From Rhodobacter capsulatus SB 1003 (GTDB lineage Bacteria > Pseudomonadota > Alphaproteobacteria > Rhodobacterales > Rhodobacteraceae): 32,000 nt of DNA. The notes beneath the pieces were generated by a model, which ran no database searches, was not told the DNA's origin, and saw only the letters and a list, made by a program, of their open reading frames with translations. Of the stretch, positions 7,470 to 16,716 are shown one piece after another. Within the stretch, counting starts at the first letter, position 1; every line of letters begins with the position of its first letter. A program made the position numbers and the translations under genes. The stretch lies in the NCBI RefSeq assembly GCF_000021865.1, contig NC_014034.1, positions 1,470,001-1,502,000 on the forward strand, in the 5' to 3' direction.

Positions 7470-8512
7470 GCTATCTTGCGCTGACCCATCTGGAGAAAAG
7501 CTTCGGCACGCTGCGCGTGGTGAAGGACTTCAACCTGACCGTCGAAAAGGGCGAGTTCATCTCGCTTCTGGGCCCCTCGGGCTGCGGGAAAACCACCGTG
7601 CTGCGCATGGTGGCGGGGTTCGAGACGCCGACGACCGGGACGATCTCGATCGCGGGCAAGGAGGTGACGGATCTCAAGCCGAACCAGCGCAATATCGGCA
7701 TGGTGTTTCAGGCCTATGCGCTGTTCCCGAACCTGACCGTGGCGCAGAACGTCGGCTTCGGGCTCAAGGTCAAGGGCACGCCGCGCGCGCAGATCGCGAA
7801 ACGGGTCGAGGAGATGCTGGCGCTGATCGGCCTGCCCGAGCTGGGCAACCGCTATCCGTTCCAGCTTTCGGGCGGCCAGCAGCAGCGCGTGGCGCTGGCC
7901 CGCGCGCTGGCGCCGAAACCCTCGGTGCTGCTGCTCGATGAGCCGCTGTCGGCGCTGGATGCCAAGGTGCGGGTGTCGCTTCGCAACGAGATCCGGGCGA
8001 TCCAGCGCGAATTGGGCATCACCACGATCTTCGTGACCCATGACCAGGAAGAGGCGCTTTCGATGTCGGACCGGGTCGTCGTGATGCACGAAGGCATCGC
8101 CGATCAGGTCGGCACGCCCTTTGACATCTACAACCGCCCCGCCACCCGCTTTGTCGCGGGCTTCGTCGGCACGCTGAACACGCTTGACGTGCAGGTGCTG
8201 GACGCCGCCACGGGCCGGGTGCGGCTGGGCGCGACCGAGATTGCCCTGGCCCGGCCGCTGCCCCCCGGCGCGGTGACGCTGGGCCTGCGCCCCGAGGCGG
8301 TGACGCTGGGGCAGGGCAACCACGACACGCGGCTGACCGCGACGATCCGCGAGGTCGATTTCCTTGGCTCGGTGATCCGGCTGCGTGCCGATCTGGCGGG
8401 CCAGCCCATCGCCTTTGACACGTTCAACAACAGCCATGCCGCGCCGCCGCAGGTGGGGACCGAGGTCACGCTCGGCCTCAATGCGGCCGATCTGCTGGTG
8501 ATCGGCGCCTGA
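7466..8512 (+). CDS. ABC transporter ATP-binding protein (PotA/FbpC-like, with C-terminal TOBE-like domain)
   Basis: Walker A is GPSGCGKTT, the signature is LSGGQQQRVALARAL and Walker B is LLLDEPLSALD. The start overlaps the upstream stop (ATGA). Confidence 0.95.
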   Translation: MSYLALTHLEKSFGTLRVVKDFNLTVEKGEFISLLGPSGCGKTTVLRMVAGFETPTTGTISIAGKEVTDLKPNQRNIGMVFQAYALFPNLTVAQNVGFGLKVKGTPRAQIAKRVEEMLALIGLPELGNRYPFQLSGGQQQRVALARALAPKPSVLLLDEPLSALDAKVRVSLRNEIRAIQRELGITTIFVTHDQEEALSMSDRVVVMHEGIADQVGTPFDIYNRPATRFVAGFVGTLNTLDVQVLDAATGRVRLGATEIALARPLPPGAVTLGLRPEAVTLGQGNHDTRLTATIREVDFLGSVIRLRADLAGQPIAFDTFNNSHAAPPQVGTEVTLGLNAADLLVIGA

Positions 8513-8516
8513 GGGC

Positions 8517-8646
8517 GGGGGCGCTGCCCCCGCACCCCCGGGATATTTGGAGCAAGATGAAAGCACGATCTGCGGTTTTCATTTATCTTGCTTCAAATAT
8601 CCCGGGGGGTGAATTGGCCGAGAGGGCAAGAGGGGGCAGCGCCCCC
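8517..8646. repeat. 130-bp nested imperfect palindrome (REP/MITE-like element or bidirectional terminator) between convergent genes
   Basis: The outer 15-bp inverted repeat is GGGGGCGCTGCCCCC (8517-8531) / GGGGGCAGCGCCCCC (8632-8646). The inner, roughly 28-bp AT-richer stem is CCCCCGGGATATTTGGAGCAAGATGAAA (8535-8562) / TTTCATTTATCTTGCTTCAAATATCCCGGGGG (8577-8608), with one G-T position and a 4-nt bulge. Confidence 0.7.
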
Positions 8647-8654
8647 TCCTTTCC

Positions 8655-9536
8655 TTACTTGCGGCCGCGAAAGAACCGCGCGCGTTCGTAAAGTGCTTCC
8701 AGCCGCGCCATCCGCTCTGCGGTGCTTTGCCAGGTCAGATCCTGCACCGCCGCCATCAGCGTCTCGACCAGAAGCTGGATCGCCACCGTGCTGTCCCAGG
8801 CCGAGGGCACCTCGACCTGAACCGAGAACCGATAACGCGCATGCGCCGCCGCGGGGCTGATCCAGGGGTCGGTGACCAGCACCACCTCGGCCCCTTGTTC
8901 GGCTGCCATTTCAACCAGTTGCAGCACGTTGTTCTCATAGCGGCGGATGTCGAAAGCCAGCAGGACATCGCCCCGGCGCATCTCCAGGAGTGCGGGCGGC
9001 CAGGCGTTCGAGACCGGCATCAGCAGCTCCACCTCGGGCCGGATCACCTTCATGTGGGTGACGAAATATTCCGCCATGGCAAGCGTGATCCGGCCGCCGG
9101 TGGCAAAGACCTTGCGCGCGGGATCGGCCATCAGATGCGCCGCGGCGTCGAAATCCTGCTGGTCGATCTGCGCCAGCGTCGCCTGCAGATTGCCCAGAAC
9201 CGCATCGGCGAAGCGGTTCAGCACATGGCCCTCGGGCGCCCGCGCCGACCAGCGGTCGTGTTTCGAAAGCGGACCTTCGAGCCGCGCCTCCAGCTCGTCG
9301 CGCACCGCCCCCTGCAGCCCCGGATAGCCGCCAAAGCCCATCTTCTGCGCCAGCCGCACCACCGTGGGCGAGCTGACCTGCGCCGCCCGCGCCAGCTGCG
9401 TCACCGAGCCCAGAAGCGCCAGCGGATAATGGCGCAGCACATGGCCCGCCAGTTGCCGTTCCGCGCGCGTCATCGTGTCGATCGCGCCGCGCAGCTGCTC
9501 CTCGATCGTGGCCTTGCCTGCCGCCAAAACGGGCAC
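8655..9536 (-). CDS. RpiR/MurR-family transcriptional regulator (N-terminal HTH_6 + C-terminal SIS domain)
   Basis: The HTH region reads MTRAERQLAGHVLRHYPLALLGSVTQLARAAQVSSPTVVRLAQKMGF. An SIS-like part follows (KVFATGGRITLAMAEYF..VLLAFDIRRY..VVLVTD). The start is GTG at 9536. The gene is divergent from the TRAP operon. Confidence 0.88.
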   Translation of the reverse strand: MPVLAAGKATIEEQLRGAIDTMTRAERQLAGHVLRHYPLALLGSVTQLARAAQVSSPTVVRLAQKMGFGGYPGLQGAVRDELEARLEGPLSKHDRWSARAPEGHVLNRFADAVLGNLQATLAQIDQQDFDAAAHLMADPARKVFATGGRITLAMAEYFVTHMKVIRPEVELLMPVSNAWPPALLEMRRGDVLLAFDIRRYENNVLQLVEMAAEQGAEVVLVTDPWISPAAAHARYRFSVQVEVPSAWDSTVAIQLLVETLMAAVQDLTWQSTAERMARLEALYERARFFRGRK

Positions 9537-9799
9537 CTCGCTGCGGCAAAGGCGGTTTGCCCCTGCCGAACAGATTGTAACAGAATTGCTTCCCCTGAAA
9601 TGAAGTTGACAGTTTCTTGCGTCCGGTCAAGCCTGCATCACAGGAGATCGCAGAATCGCCGTCAAGACCAGGGAGCCAGGGTGGAAGAACCGACAAAAGG
9701 CGCGGTCGTCATCACCGGATGCGCGGCGGCGGACCGCCGCGCCCGGAGGCGGCCTGCCGCGGCGCCGATGCAACCGCGTGCAACAAAGGAGGCCGCCTG

Positions 9800-10306
9800 A
9801 TGCCCCGTGTCCTTGTCGCCTATGTGCATTTCATTGACGGGCTGAACCGGCGCGTCGGCCGGTTCGCGATGTATCTGCTGTACGTCATCATGGCGATCAT
9901 GATCGTCTCGATGCTGACCAAGGCCGCGCATGTCCCGGCGCTCTGGACGCTGGAAATGGCGCAGTTCACGCTGGTCGCCTATTACATGCTGGGGGCGCCC
10001 TTTGCGCTGCAGACCGACGTGAACGTGCGGATGGATCTGATCTACGGGCGGTTTTCGCACAAGGGGCGGGCGCTGACCGATGTCTTCACCGTCTTCTGCC
10101 TGATGTTCTATCTGGGCGTGATGCTCTATGGCGCCTTTGACAGCACGGTCTATTCCTTTGAAATGTCGGAACGAAATCCGACCGCCTGGCGCCCGGTGCT
10201 GTGGCCGATCAAGTCGATCATCACGCTTGCCTTCGGGCTGATGCTGCTGCAGGCGGTCGCGCTGCTGATCCGCGATGTCGCCACCCTGCGCGGAGTGAAA
10301 CTCTGA
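9800..10306 (+). CDS. TRAP transporter small permease (DctQ family)
   Basis: The ATG at 9800 is preceded by AAAGGAGG. The 168-aa product has four hydrophobic spans. The upstream part of the track ORF (9617-9799) is Arg/Gly-rich and non-membrane. Confidence 0.85.
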   Translation: MPRVLVAYVHFIDGLNRRVGRFAMYLLYVIMAIMIVSMLTKAAHVPALWTLEMAQFTLVAYYMLGAPFALQTDVNVRMDLIYGRFSHKGRALTDVFTVFCLMFYLGVMLYGAFDSTVYSFEMSERNPTAWRPVLWPIKSIITLAFGLMLLQAVALLIRDVATLRGVKL

Positions 10307-11631
10307 TGGATTACAACACCATTGCCGCGTTGATGTTCTCGTCGATGCTGTTGATGATGCTGACCGGCCAGCGTGTCTTTGGCGCCATCGGCGTGGTCGC
10401 CGTGGTCGCCGCGCTGGCGCTTTGGGGGCAGGGCGGGTCCGACATGGGCTTTTCCGCGGTGATGAAGCTGATGAAATGGACCGCGCTGCTGACGCTGCCG
10501 ATGTTCGTCTTCATGGGCTATGTGATGAGCGAAACCCGGCTGGCCGAGGATCTGTACCGGATGTTTCACGTCTGGTTCGGGCCGCTGCCGGGGGGGCTGG
10601 CGATCGGCACGGTGATGCTGATGGTGCTGATTTCGGCGATGAACGGGCTTTCGGTCGCGGGCATGGCCATTGGCGCCACCATCGCGCTGCCCGAACTGCA
10701 GCGGCGCGGCTATGACAAGCTGATGATTTCGGGCGTGATTCAGGCGGGCTCCAGCCTTGGCATCCTGATCCCGCCCTCGGTCGTGCTGGTGCTTTACGCG
10801 ATGATCGCGCGTCAGCCGGTGTCGAATCTCTGGCTTGCCGGGATCGTCCCGGGGCTTTTGATGGCGGCGCTGTTCATCCTTTACATCGTCATCCGCACCT
10901 GGGCGAACCCGGCGCTGGCGCCGCGGATGTCGGCCGAGGAACGCGCCGCGATCACCCGGGCCGAGAAATTCAGCCTGCTGCGGGCGGGGTTGCTGCCGGT
11001 CTTCATCTTCGTCGCGATGATGGTTCCCTTCATCAACGGCTGGGCCAGCCTGACCGAGACCTCGGTGATCGGCGTGGCGGCGACCGTGCTGGTCGCCTGG
11101 GGCAAGGGCCGGATGAGCTGGTATGTGCTGGAGACCGCGACGAAACAGACGCTGCTGATCACCGTGATGTTCATGATGATCATCACCGCGGCGCTGTCCT
11201 TTGGCGCGGTCTTTGACGGGCTTGGCGCGGGCCGGTCGATCCAGAGCTTCTTCACCGAGGATCTGGGGCTGGCGCCCTGGCAGATTCTGGTGCTGATGCA
11301 GGTCAGCTTCCTGATCATGGGGATGTTTTTGGACGATACCGCGATGCTGGTCATCGTCGCCCCGGTTTATGTCAGCCTTGCCAAGGCCTTGGGTTTCGAT
11401 CTGATCTGGTATGGCGTGCTTTATACCATCACCTGCCAGATCGCCTACCTCACGCCGCCCTTTGGCTATAATCTGTTCCTGATGAAGGCGCTGGCGCCGC
11501 CGGACTACACGCTTCCGGTGATCTACCGCTCGGTCTGGCCCTTTGTTCTGGTGATGGTGCTGACGCTTGTGCTGATCATGGTGTTTCCGCAAATCGCGCT
11601 TTGGCTGCCGCAGGCGATGCTGGGGCGCTGA
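10306..11631 (+). CDS. TRAP transporter large permease (DctM family)
   Basis: The ATG at 10306 overlaps the dctQ-like stop (TGATG). The 441-aa product is polytopic (about 12 TM) and typical of DctM. Confidence 0.93.
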   Translation: MDYNTIAALMFSSMLLMMLTGQRVFGAIGVVAVVAALALWGQGGSDMGFSAVMKLMKWTALLTLPMFVFMGYVMSETRLAEDLYRMFHVWFGPLPGGLAIGTVMLMVLISAMNGLSVAGMAIGATIALPELQRRGYDKLMISGVIQAGSSLGILIPPSVVLVLYAMIARQPVSNLWLAGIVPGLLMAALFILYIVIRTWANPALAPRMSAEERAAITRAEKFSLLRAGLLPVFIFVAMMVPFINGWASLTETSVIGVAATVLVAWGKGRMSWYVLETATKQTLLITVMFMMIITAALSFGAVFDGLGAGRSIQSFFTEDLGLAPWQILVLMQVSFLIMGMFLDDTAMLVIVAPVYVSLAKALGFDLIWYGVLYTITCQIAYLTPPFGYNLFLMKALAPPDYTLPVIYRSVWPFVLVMVLTLVLIMVFPQIALWLPQAMLGR

Positions 11632-11677
11632 CACGAACGACCCCGAAAATGGGGCATCAACCGACAAGGAGAGAAAG

Positions 11678-12712
11678 ATGACGACGACGAGACGGACCTT
11701 CCTCACCACCGGCGCGGTGGGTGTTGCGGCGGGGCTGGCCACGCCCGCGCTGGCGCAATCGGCGCCGATCAAATGGCGGCTGCAGACCTATGCCGGCACG
11801 GTGCTGGCCGAGCAGGTGGTGAAACCGGCCATCGACGCTTTCAACACCATCGCGAATGGCCAGATGGAGATCGAGCTTTACACCTCGGACCAGCTGGTGC
11901 CGACGGGCGAGCTGTTCCGCGCGATGCAAAACGGCACCATCGATGCGGTGCAGTCGGATGATGACTCCATGGCCTCGCCCACGGAAGTCACGGTGTTCGG
12001 CGGCTATTTCCCGCTGGCCTTGCGCTATTCGCTCGATGTGCCTGCGCTTTTCAACGAATGGGGTCTCGATCAGATCTGGAAGGAAGAATACGCCAAGGTC
12101 GGCATCAAGCATATCTCGGCGGGGTCGTGGGACCCGTGCAACTTCAACATGAAGGAGCCGGTGAAGTCGCTCGCCGATCTGTCGGGCAAGCGCGTCTTCA
12201 CCTTCCCGACCGCCGGGCGGTTCCTGGCGCAGTTCGGTGTCATCCCGGTCACGCTGCCCTGGGAAGATGTCGAAGTCGCGCTGCAGACGGGCGAGCTGGA
12301 CGGTCTGGCCTGGTCGGGCATCACCGAGGATTACACCGCGGGCTGGTCGAAGGTCGCGCCCTATTTCCTGACCAACAACATCTCGGGCGCCTGGATCGGG
12401 CATTTCTTCGCCAATATGGAGCGCTGGAACGCCCTGCCGCCGCATCTGCAACAGCTGATGCAGACCTGTTTCGACCAGTCGCATTACCGCCGTCAGTGGT
12501 GGTATTGGGCGGGCGAAGCGAAATTGCGCGTCGAGGGTGCCGACATGACGCTGACCTCGCTTCCGCCCGAGGATTATGCGAAAATCGAGGAAGCCGCGCA
12601 TAAATTCTGGGACGAGATCGCCACTGAGAGCCCGCTCAAGGCGAAGGTGGTCGAGATCATCAAGAAATACAACGACACGATGGTCAAGGCCGGCGTGCCC
12701 TATCGCTACTGA
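11678..12712 (+). CDS. TRAP transporter substrate-binding protein (DctP type) with twin-arginine signal
   Basis: The signal MTTTRRTFLTTGAVGVAAGLATPALA|QS matches the Tat consensus T-R-R-x-F-L. An AAGGAGAG SD lies upstream. The gene order is Q-M-P. Confidence 0.9.
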   Translation: MTTTRRTFLTTGAVGVAAGLATPALAQSAPIKWRLQTYAGTVLAEQVVKPAIDAFNTIANGQMEIELYTSDQLVPTGELFRAMQNGTIDAVQSDDDSMASPTEVTVFGGYFPLALRYSLDVPALFNEWGLDQIWKEEYAKVGIKHISAGSWDPCNFNMKEPVKSLADLSGKRVFTFPTAGRFLAQFGVIPVTLPWEDVEVALQTGELDGLAWSGITEDYTAGWSKVAPYFLTNNISGAWIGHFFANMERWNALPPHLQQLMQTCFDQSHYRRQWWYWAGEAKLRVEGADMTLTSLPPEDYAKIEEAAHKFWDEIATESPLKAKVVEIIKKYNDTMVKAGVPYRY

Positions 12713-12717
12713 TCGGT

Positions 12718-12742
12718 GGGGCCGGGGCACCCCCGGCCCTTT
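12718..12742 (+). terminator. Intra-operon hairpin after the TRAP SBP gene
   Basis: GGGGCCGGGG-cac-CCCCGGCCC followed by TTT, 6 nt after the SBP stop and 24 nt before the GS-like start. Confidence 0.4.
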
Positions 12743-12765
12743 CCCCGCCCGAATAGGAGAGAGAG

Positions 12766-14130
12766 ATGCCCGCTAACCTGACCTTTGCCGCGCTGACCGA
12801 TGCCGTCGCGAAGGGCGAGATCGACACTGTCATCACCTGCCTCTGCGACATGCAGGGCCGCTTGCAGGGCAAGCGTTTCCACGCCGCGCATTTTCTGGAA
12901 AGCGCGCATGAGGAGACGCATTGCTGCAACTATCTGCTGGCGACCGACATGGAGATGATCACCGTGCCGGGCTACAAGGCGTCTTCATGGTCGCGCGGCT
13001 ATGGCGATTATGTGATGAAGCCGGATCTGGCGACCTTGCGACGGATCCCTTGGGCGCCAGGCACGGCTTTGGTGATGTGCGATGTACTGGATCATCACAC
13101 GCATGAGCTGGTTGCCCATGCGCCGCGCACGGTCTTGAAACGGCAGATCGAACGCGCGAAAGCCATGGGCTTTGACGTGATGATGGCGACCGAGCTTGAA
13201 TTCTTCCTGTTCGAGGAAAGCTTTCCGGCGCTGTTTGACGCGGGCTATCCGCTGCCCACGCCGATGGCGCGCTATAACGTGGACTACAACCTGATGGGCT
13301 CGGCGCGGGATGAGAAAATCATGCGCGACATCCGCAACAAGCTTTATGGCGCGGGGATCCCGATCGAATGCTCGAAGGGCGAGGCCGAGGCCGGTCAGGA
13401 AGAGATCAACGCGAAATATTCGGACGCGCTTGATACCGCCGACATGCACAGCCTGATCAAGCTTGGCGTGAAGGAAATCGCGCAAAGCCACGGGGCCAGT
13501 GTCACCTTCATGGCGAAATACGATCACCGCAAGGCGGGGTCTTCAAGCCATATCCACCAGTCGCTGTGGAAGGACGACAAGAACGCCTTTCACGACCCCG
13601 CGGCCGAACATGGGATGAGCGCGGTGATGCGGCATTTCCTGGCCGGGCAGCTGGCGTTTTCGCGCGACATCGCCGTGTTCCTGGCGCCTTACATGAACAG
13701 TTACAAGCGCTTCTGCGTCGGCATGTTCGCGCCCACAAAGGCGGTCTGGTCGCTGGACAACCGCACCGCGGGCTATCGCATCTGCGGCGAGAACACCAAG
13801 TCCGTCCGCGTCGAATGCCGCATCGGCGGCGCCGATCTGAACCCCTATCTGGCCTGCGCGGCGCTTCTGGCGGCGGGGCTGGAAGGGATCGAACAGATGC
13901 TCGATCCGGGCCAGCCGGTGAACGGCGATCTTTATCAGTCCGAGACCGCGCCGGAAATTCCGCGCTCGCTGATCGAGGCGGCCGAGGCGCTGAAGGATTC
14001 CTCTTTCCTCTCGCGCGTGCTGGGGGCAGAGGTGGTGGAGCATTATTATCACGCCGCGCGCTGGGAAATCGAGGAAAGCCTGCGCGTCGTGACCGATTGG
14101 GAACGGCACCGCGGCTTCGAGCGGGCGTAA
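12766..14130 (+). CDS. Glutamine-synthetase-family gamma-glutamyl ligase (PuuA/PauA/GlnA4/IpuC-like, type III-like GS homolog)
   Basis: GS catalytic-domain motifs are present: ATELEFFLF, KGEAEAGQEEIN, TFMAKY..AGSSSHIHQSLW, NSYKRF, DNRTAGYRI, VECRIGGADLNPYLACAALLAAGLEGI. The 454-aa size and the catabolic context argue against housekeeping GlnA. Confidence 0.88.
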   Translation: MPANLTFAALTDAVAKGEIDTVITCLCDMQGRLQGKRFHAAHFLESAHEETHCCNYLLATDMEMITVPGYKASSWSRGYGDYVMKPDLATLRRIPWAPGTALVMCDVLDHHTHELVAHAPRTVLKRQIERAKAMGFDVMMATELEFFLFEESFPALFDAGYPLPTPMARYNVDYNLMGSARDEKIMRDIRNKLYGAGIPIECSKGEAEAGQEEINAKYSDALDTADMHSLIKLGVKEIAQSHGASVTFMAKYDHRKAGSSSHIHQSLWKDDKNAFHDPAAEHGMSAVMRHFLAGQLAFSRDIAVFLAPYMNSYKRFCVGMFAPTKAVWSLDNRTAGYRICGENTKSVRVECRIGGADLNPYLACAALLAAGLEGIEQMLDPGQPVNGDLYQSETAPEIPRSLIEAAEALKDSSFLSRVLGAEVVEHYYHAARWEIEESLRVVTDWERHRGFERA

Positions 14131-14170
14131 CGGGTTCACGGGGGCGAAGGCGCCCCAAAGGAAGGTCGAC

Positions 14171-15559
14171 ATGACGAAGATGATCCAATGTATCTCGCCG
14201 GTGGATGGGCGGGTCTATGCGGAGCGCCCGGCGCTGACGCTGGCCGAGGCCGAGGCGGTTGCCGCGCGTGCCCGGGCGGCGCAGCCCGATTGGGCGGCGC
14301 GGCCGCTTGAAGACCGCATCGCGCTGGTCAAGGCCGGGGTGGCGAAGCTGAACGAGATGAAAGACCGCGTGGTCGAGGAACTGGCCTGGCAGATGGGCCG
14401 CCCGACGCGTTTTGGCGGCGAATTCGGCGGCGTCAATGACCGCACCAATTACATGGCCGAGATCGCCGAAAAGACCCTTGCGGCCACCGTGGTCGAGGAC
14501 AGCGAGAAATTCCGCCGTACCCTTGCGCGCGAACCCGTGGGCGTCGTCTTCATCATCGCGCCGTGGAACTATCCCTACCTCACCACGATCAACACGCTGG
14601 TTCCGGCGCTGATCGCGGGCAACACCGTCGTTTTGAAACACGCCACCCAAACCATGCTGGTGGGCGAGCGTCTGGTCGAGGCCTTTGTCGAGGCGGGCGT
14701 GCCCGAGGACGTGTTCCAGAATGTCTATCTGACCCATGACGTGACCGAGGAGCTGCTGCAAAACCGCGCCTTCAATTTCGTCAACTTCACCGGCTCGGTC
14801 GGCGGCGGGGCGGCGATCGAACGCGCCGCGGCGGGCACCTTTACCGGGCTGGGGCTGGAACTGGGCGGCAAGGATCCGGGCTATGTGATGGAGGACGCCG
14901 ATCTGGACGCCGCCGTCGACAGCCTGATGGACGGGGCGATGTTCAACGCCGGTCAGTGCTGCTGCGGCATTGAGCGGATCTATGTCCATGAAAGCCTCTA
15001 TGACGCTTTCGTCGAAAAGGCGGTGGCCTGGGTTAAGGCCTTGAAACTGGGCAATCCTTTCGATCAGGCGACGACGCTTGGCCCGATGGCGAACAAGCGT
15101 TTCGCCCATGTCGTGCGCGAGCAGGTGGCCGAAGCCATCGCCGAAGGGGCTGTGGCGCTGATCGACCCGGCGCTCTTCCCCGAAGATGACGGCGGCGCTT
15201 ACCTCGCCCCGCAGATCCTGGTGAATGTGAACCACGAAATGCGGGTGATGCGCGAGGAAAGCTTCGGCCCGGTCGTCGGCATCATGCCGGTGTCGGGCGA
15301 CGAGGAAGCCATCGCGGCGATGAATGACAGCCCTTACGGCCTGACCTGCTCGCTTTGGACGCAGGATGTCGAGCGCGCGGCTGCCATCGGCGCGCGGATC
15401 GAGACCGGCACCGTCTTCATGAACCGCTGCGACTATCTGGACCCGGCCCTGTGCTGGACCGGCTGCAAGGACACCGGCCGCGGCGCGGCGCTGTCGGCCC
15501 TTGGCTATCATTCGGTCACGCGGCCGAAATCCTACCATCTGAAGAAGGTGACGAAATGA
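14171..15559 (+). CDS. NAD(P)-dependent aldehyde dehydrogenase
   Basis: ALDH motifs are present: IIAPWNYP, FTGS..GG, the catalytic Glu in LELGGKDP and the catalytic Cys in GQCCCGIERIYV, plus EESFGPV. An AAAGGAAGG SD lies upstream. Confidence 0.9.
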   Translation: MTKMIQCISPVDGRVYAERPALTLAEAEAVAARARAAQPDWAARPLEDRIALVKAGVAKLNEMKDRVVEELAWQMGRPTRFGGEFGGVNDRTNYMAEIAEKTLAATVVEDSEKFRRTLAREPVGVVFIIAPWNYPYLTTINTLVPALIAGNTVVLKHATQTMLVGERLVEAFVEAGVPEDVFQNVYLTHDVTEELLQNRAFNFVNFTGSVGGGAAIERAAAGTFTGLGLELGGKDPGYVMEDADLDAAVDSLMDGAMFNAGQCCCGIERIYVHESLYDAFVEKAVAWVKALKLGNPFDQATTLGPMANKRFAHVVREQVAEAIAEGAVALIDPALFPEDDGGAYLAPQILVNVNHEMRVMREESFGPVVGIMPVSGDEEAIAAMNDSPYGLTCSLWTQDVERAAAIGARIETGTVFMNRCDYLDPALCWTGCKDTGRGAALSALGYHSVTRPKSYHLKKVTK

Positions 15560-16710
15560 GCGTTCCGAACAGAAACTGGAACTACCCGACGCCGATCAAA
15601 TTCGGCTGCGGCCGGATCGCCGAACTGGCCGATCACTGCAAGGCGGTGGGCATCACCAAGCCGCTTCTGGTGACCGACAAGGCACTGGCCAGCCTGCCGA
15701 TCACGCGCCAAGCGCTTGATGTCATGGACAAGGGCGGACTGGGCCGGGCGGTGTTCTCGGACGTCGATCCGAACCCGAACGAGGGCAACATGGCCGCGGG
15801 CATCGCCGTCTACAAGGCGGGCGGCCATGACGGGGTGATCTGTTTCGGCGGCGGCTCGGCGCTGGATCTGGGCAAGATGATCGCGCTGATGGCCGATCAG
15901 CGGCCGGATCTGTCGGTCTGGGATCTGGAGGATGTGGACGACTGGTACACCCGGGCGGATGCGACGAAAATCGCGCCGATCGTCGCCGTGCCGACGACCG
16001 CGGGGACGGGGTCCGAAGTCGGCCGGGCGGGCGTGTTGACGAATTCCGTCACCCACAAGAAGAAGATCATCTTCCACCCGAAACTGATGCCCGCGGTCAC
16101 CATCTGCGACCCGGAGCTGACGGTGGGTATGCCCGCCTTCATCACCGCGGGGACCGGCATGGATGCGCTGGCCCATTGCCTCGAGGCCTATTGCAGCCCC
16201 TTCTATCACCCGATGTCGCAGGGCATCGCGCTCGAAGGGATGCGGCTGGTCTTTGAAAACCTGCCCAAGGTCTACAAGGACCCGCAGGATATCGAGGCCC
16301 GTGCCCATATGATGTCGGCCGCCGCGATGGGCGCCGTGGCCTTCCAGAAAGGTCTTGGCGCGATCCATTCGCTGAGCCACCCGGTGGGCGCGGTTTACGG
16401 CACCCATCACGGCACGACGAATGCCTGCGTGATGCCGATGGTGCTTGATTACAACCGCGCCGCCATCGAAGAGCGGATCGAGAAAGCCGCCGCCTATATC
16501 GGCATCCCGGGCGGGTTTGACGGCTTCCGCGCCGCGGTCGTGGCCCTGAACGCCAGCCTCAAGATCCCGGAAACGCTGACGAAAATGGGCGTGAAGCCGG
16601 AAGATCTGGACATGCTGACCGAGATGGCGCTGGAAGATCCCTCTTGCGGCGGCAACCCGACCCCGATGACGCGCGAAAACACCCGCGCGCTTTTCGACGC
16701 CTGCATGTAA
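15556..16710 (+). CDS. Iron-containing (group III) alcohol dehydrogenase
   Basis: The ATG at 15556 overlaps the ALDH stop (ATGA). Motifs are GGGSALDLGKMIA, the metal-binding His residues in DALAHCLEAY and HSLSHPVG, and PTTAGTGSE. Confidence 0.9.
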   Translation: MSVPNRNWNYPTPIKFGCGRIAELADHCKAVGITKPLLVTDKALASLPITRQALDVMDKGGLGRAVFSDVDPNPNEGNMAAGIAVYKAGGHDGVICFGGGSALDLGKMIALMADQRPDLSVWDLEDVDDWYTRADATKIAPIVAVPTTAGTGSEVGRAGVLTNSVTHKKKIIFHPKLMPAVTICDPELTVGMPAFITAGTGMDALAHCLEAYCSPFYHPMSQGIALEGMRLVFENLPKVYKDPQDIEARAHMMSAAAMGAVAFQKGLGAIHSLSHPVGAVYGTHHGTTNACVMPMVLDYNRAAIEERIEKAAAYIGIPGGFDGFRAAVVALNASLKIPETLTKMGVKPEDLDMLTEMALEDPSCGGNPTPMTRENTRALFDACM

Positions 16711-16716
16711 GCCCGA

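Noticed and set aside
4569-8566. Long minus-strand ORFs 4569-5873, 5695-6591, 6648-7451 and 7361-8566, antisense to the first ABC operon.
   Set aside because: The products are extremely Arg/Asp/Gly/His-rich and lack TM segments and motifs. The sense frames encode canonical SBP, permease and Walker A/B proteins.
8727-9800. 357-aa plus-strand ORF antisense to rpiR-1, plus 8935-9696(-).
   Set aside because: The sequences are Arg/His/Pro-rich. The minus-strand frame at 8655-9536 has clear HTH_6 + SIS organisation.
10150-12730. ORFs 10150-11772(-) and 11657-12730(-), antisense to the TRAP genes.
   Set aside because: The compositions are His/Arg/Asp/Gln-rich and implausible for proteins. The sense frames are polytopic DctM and Tat-signal DctP proteins.
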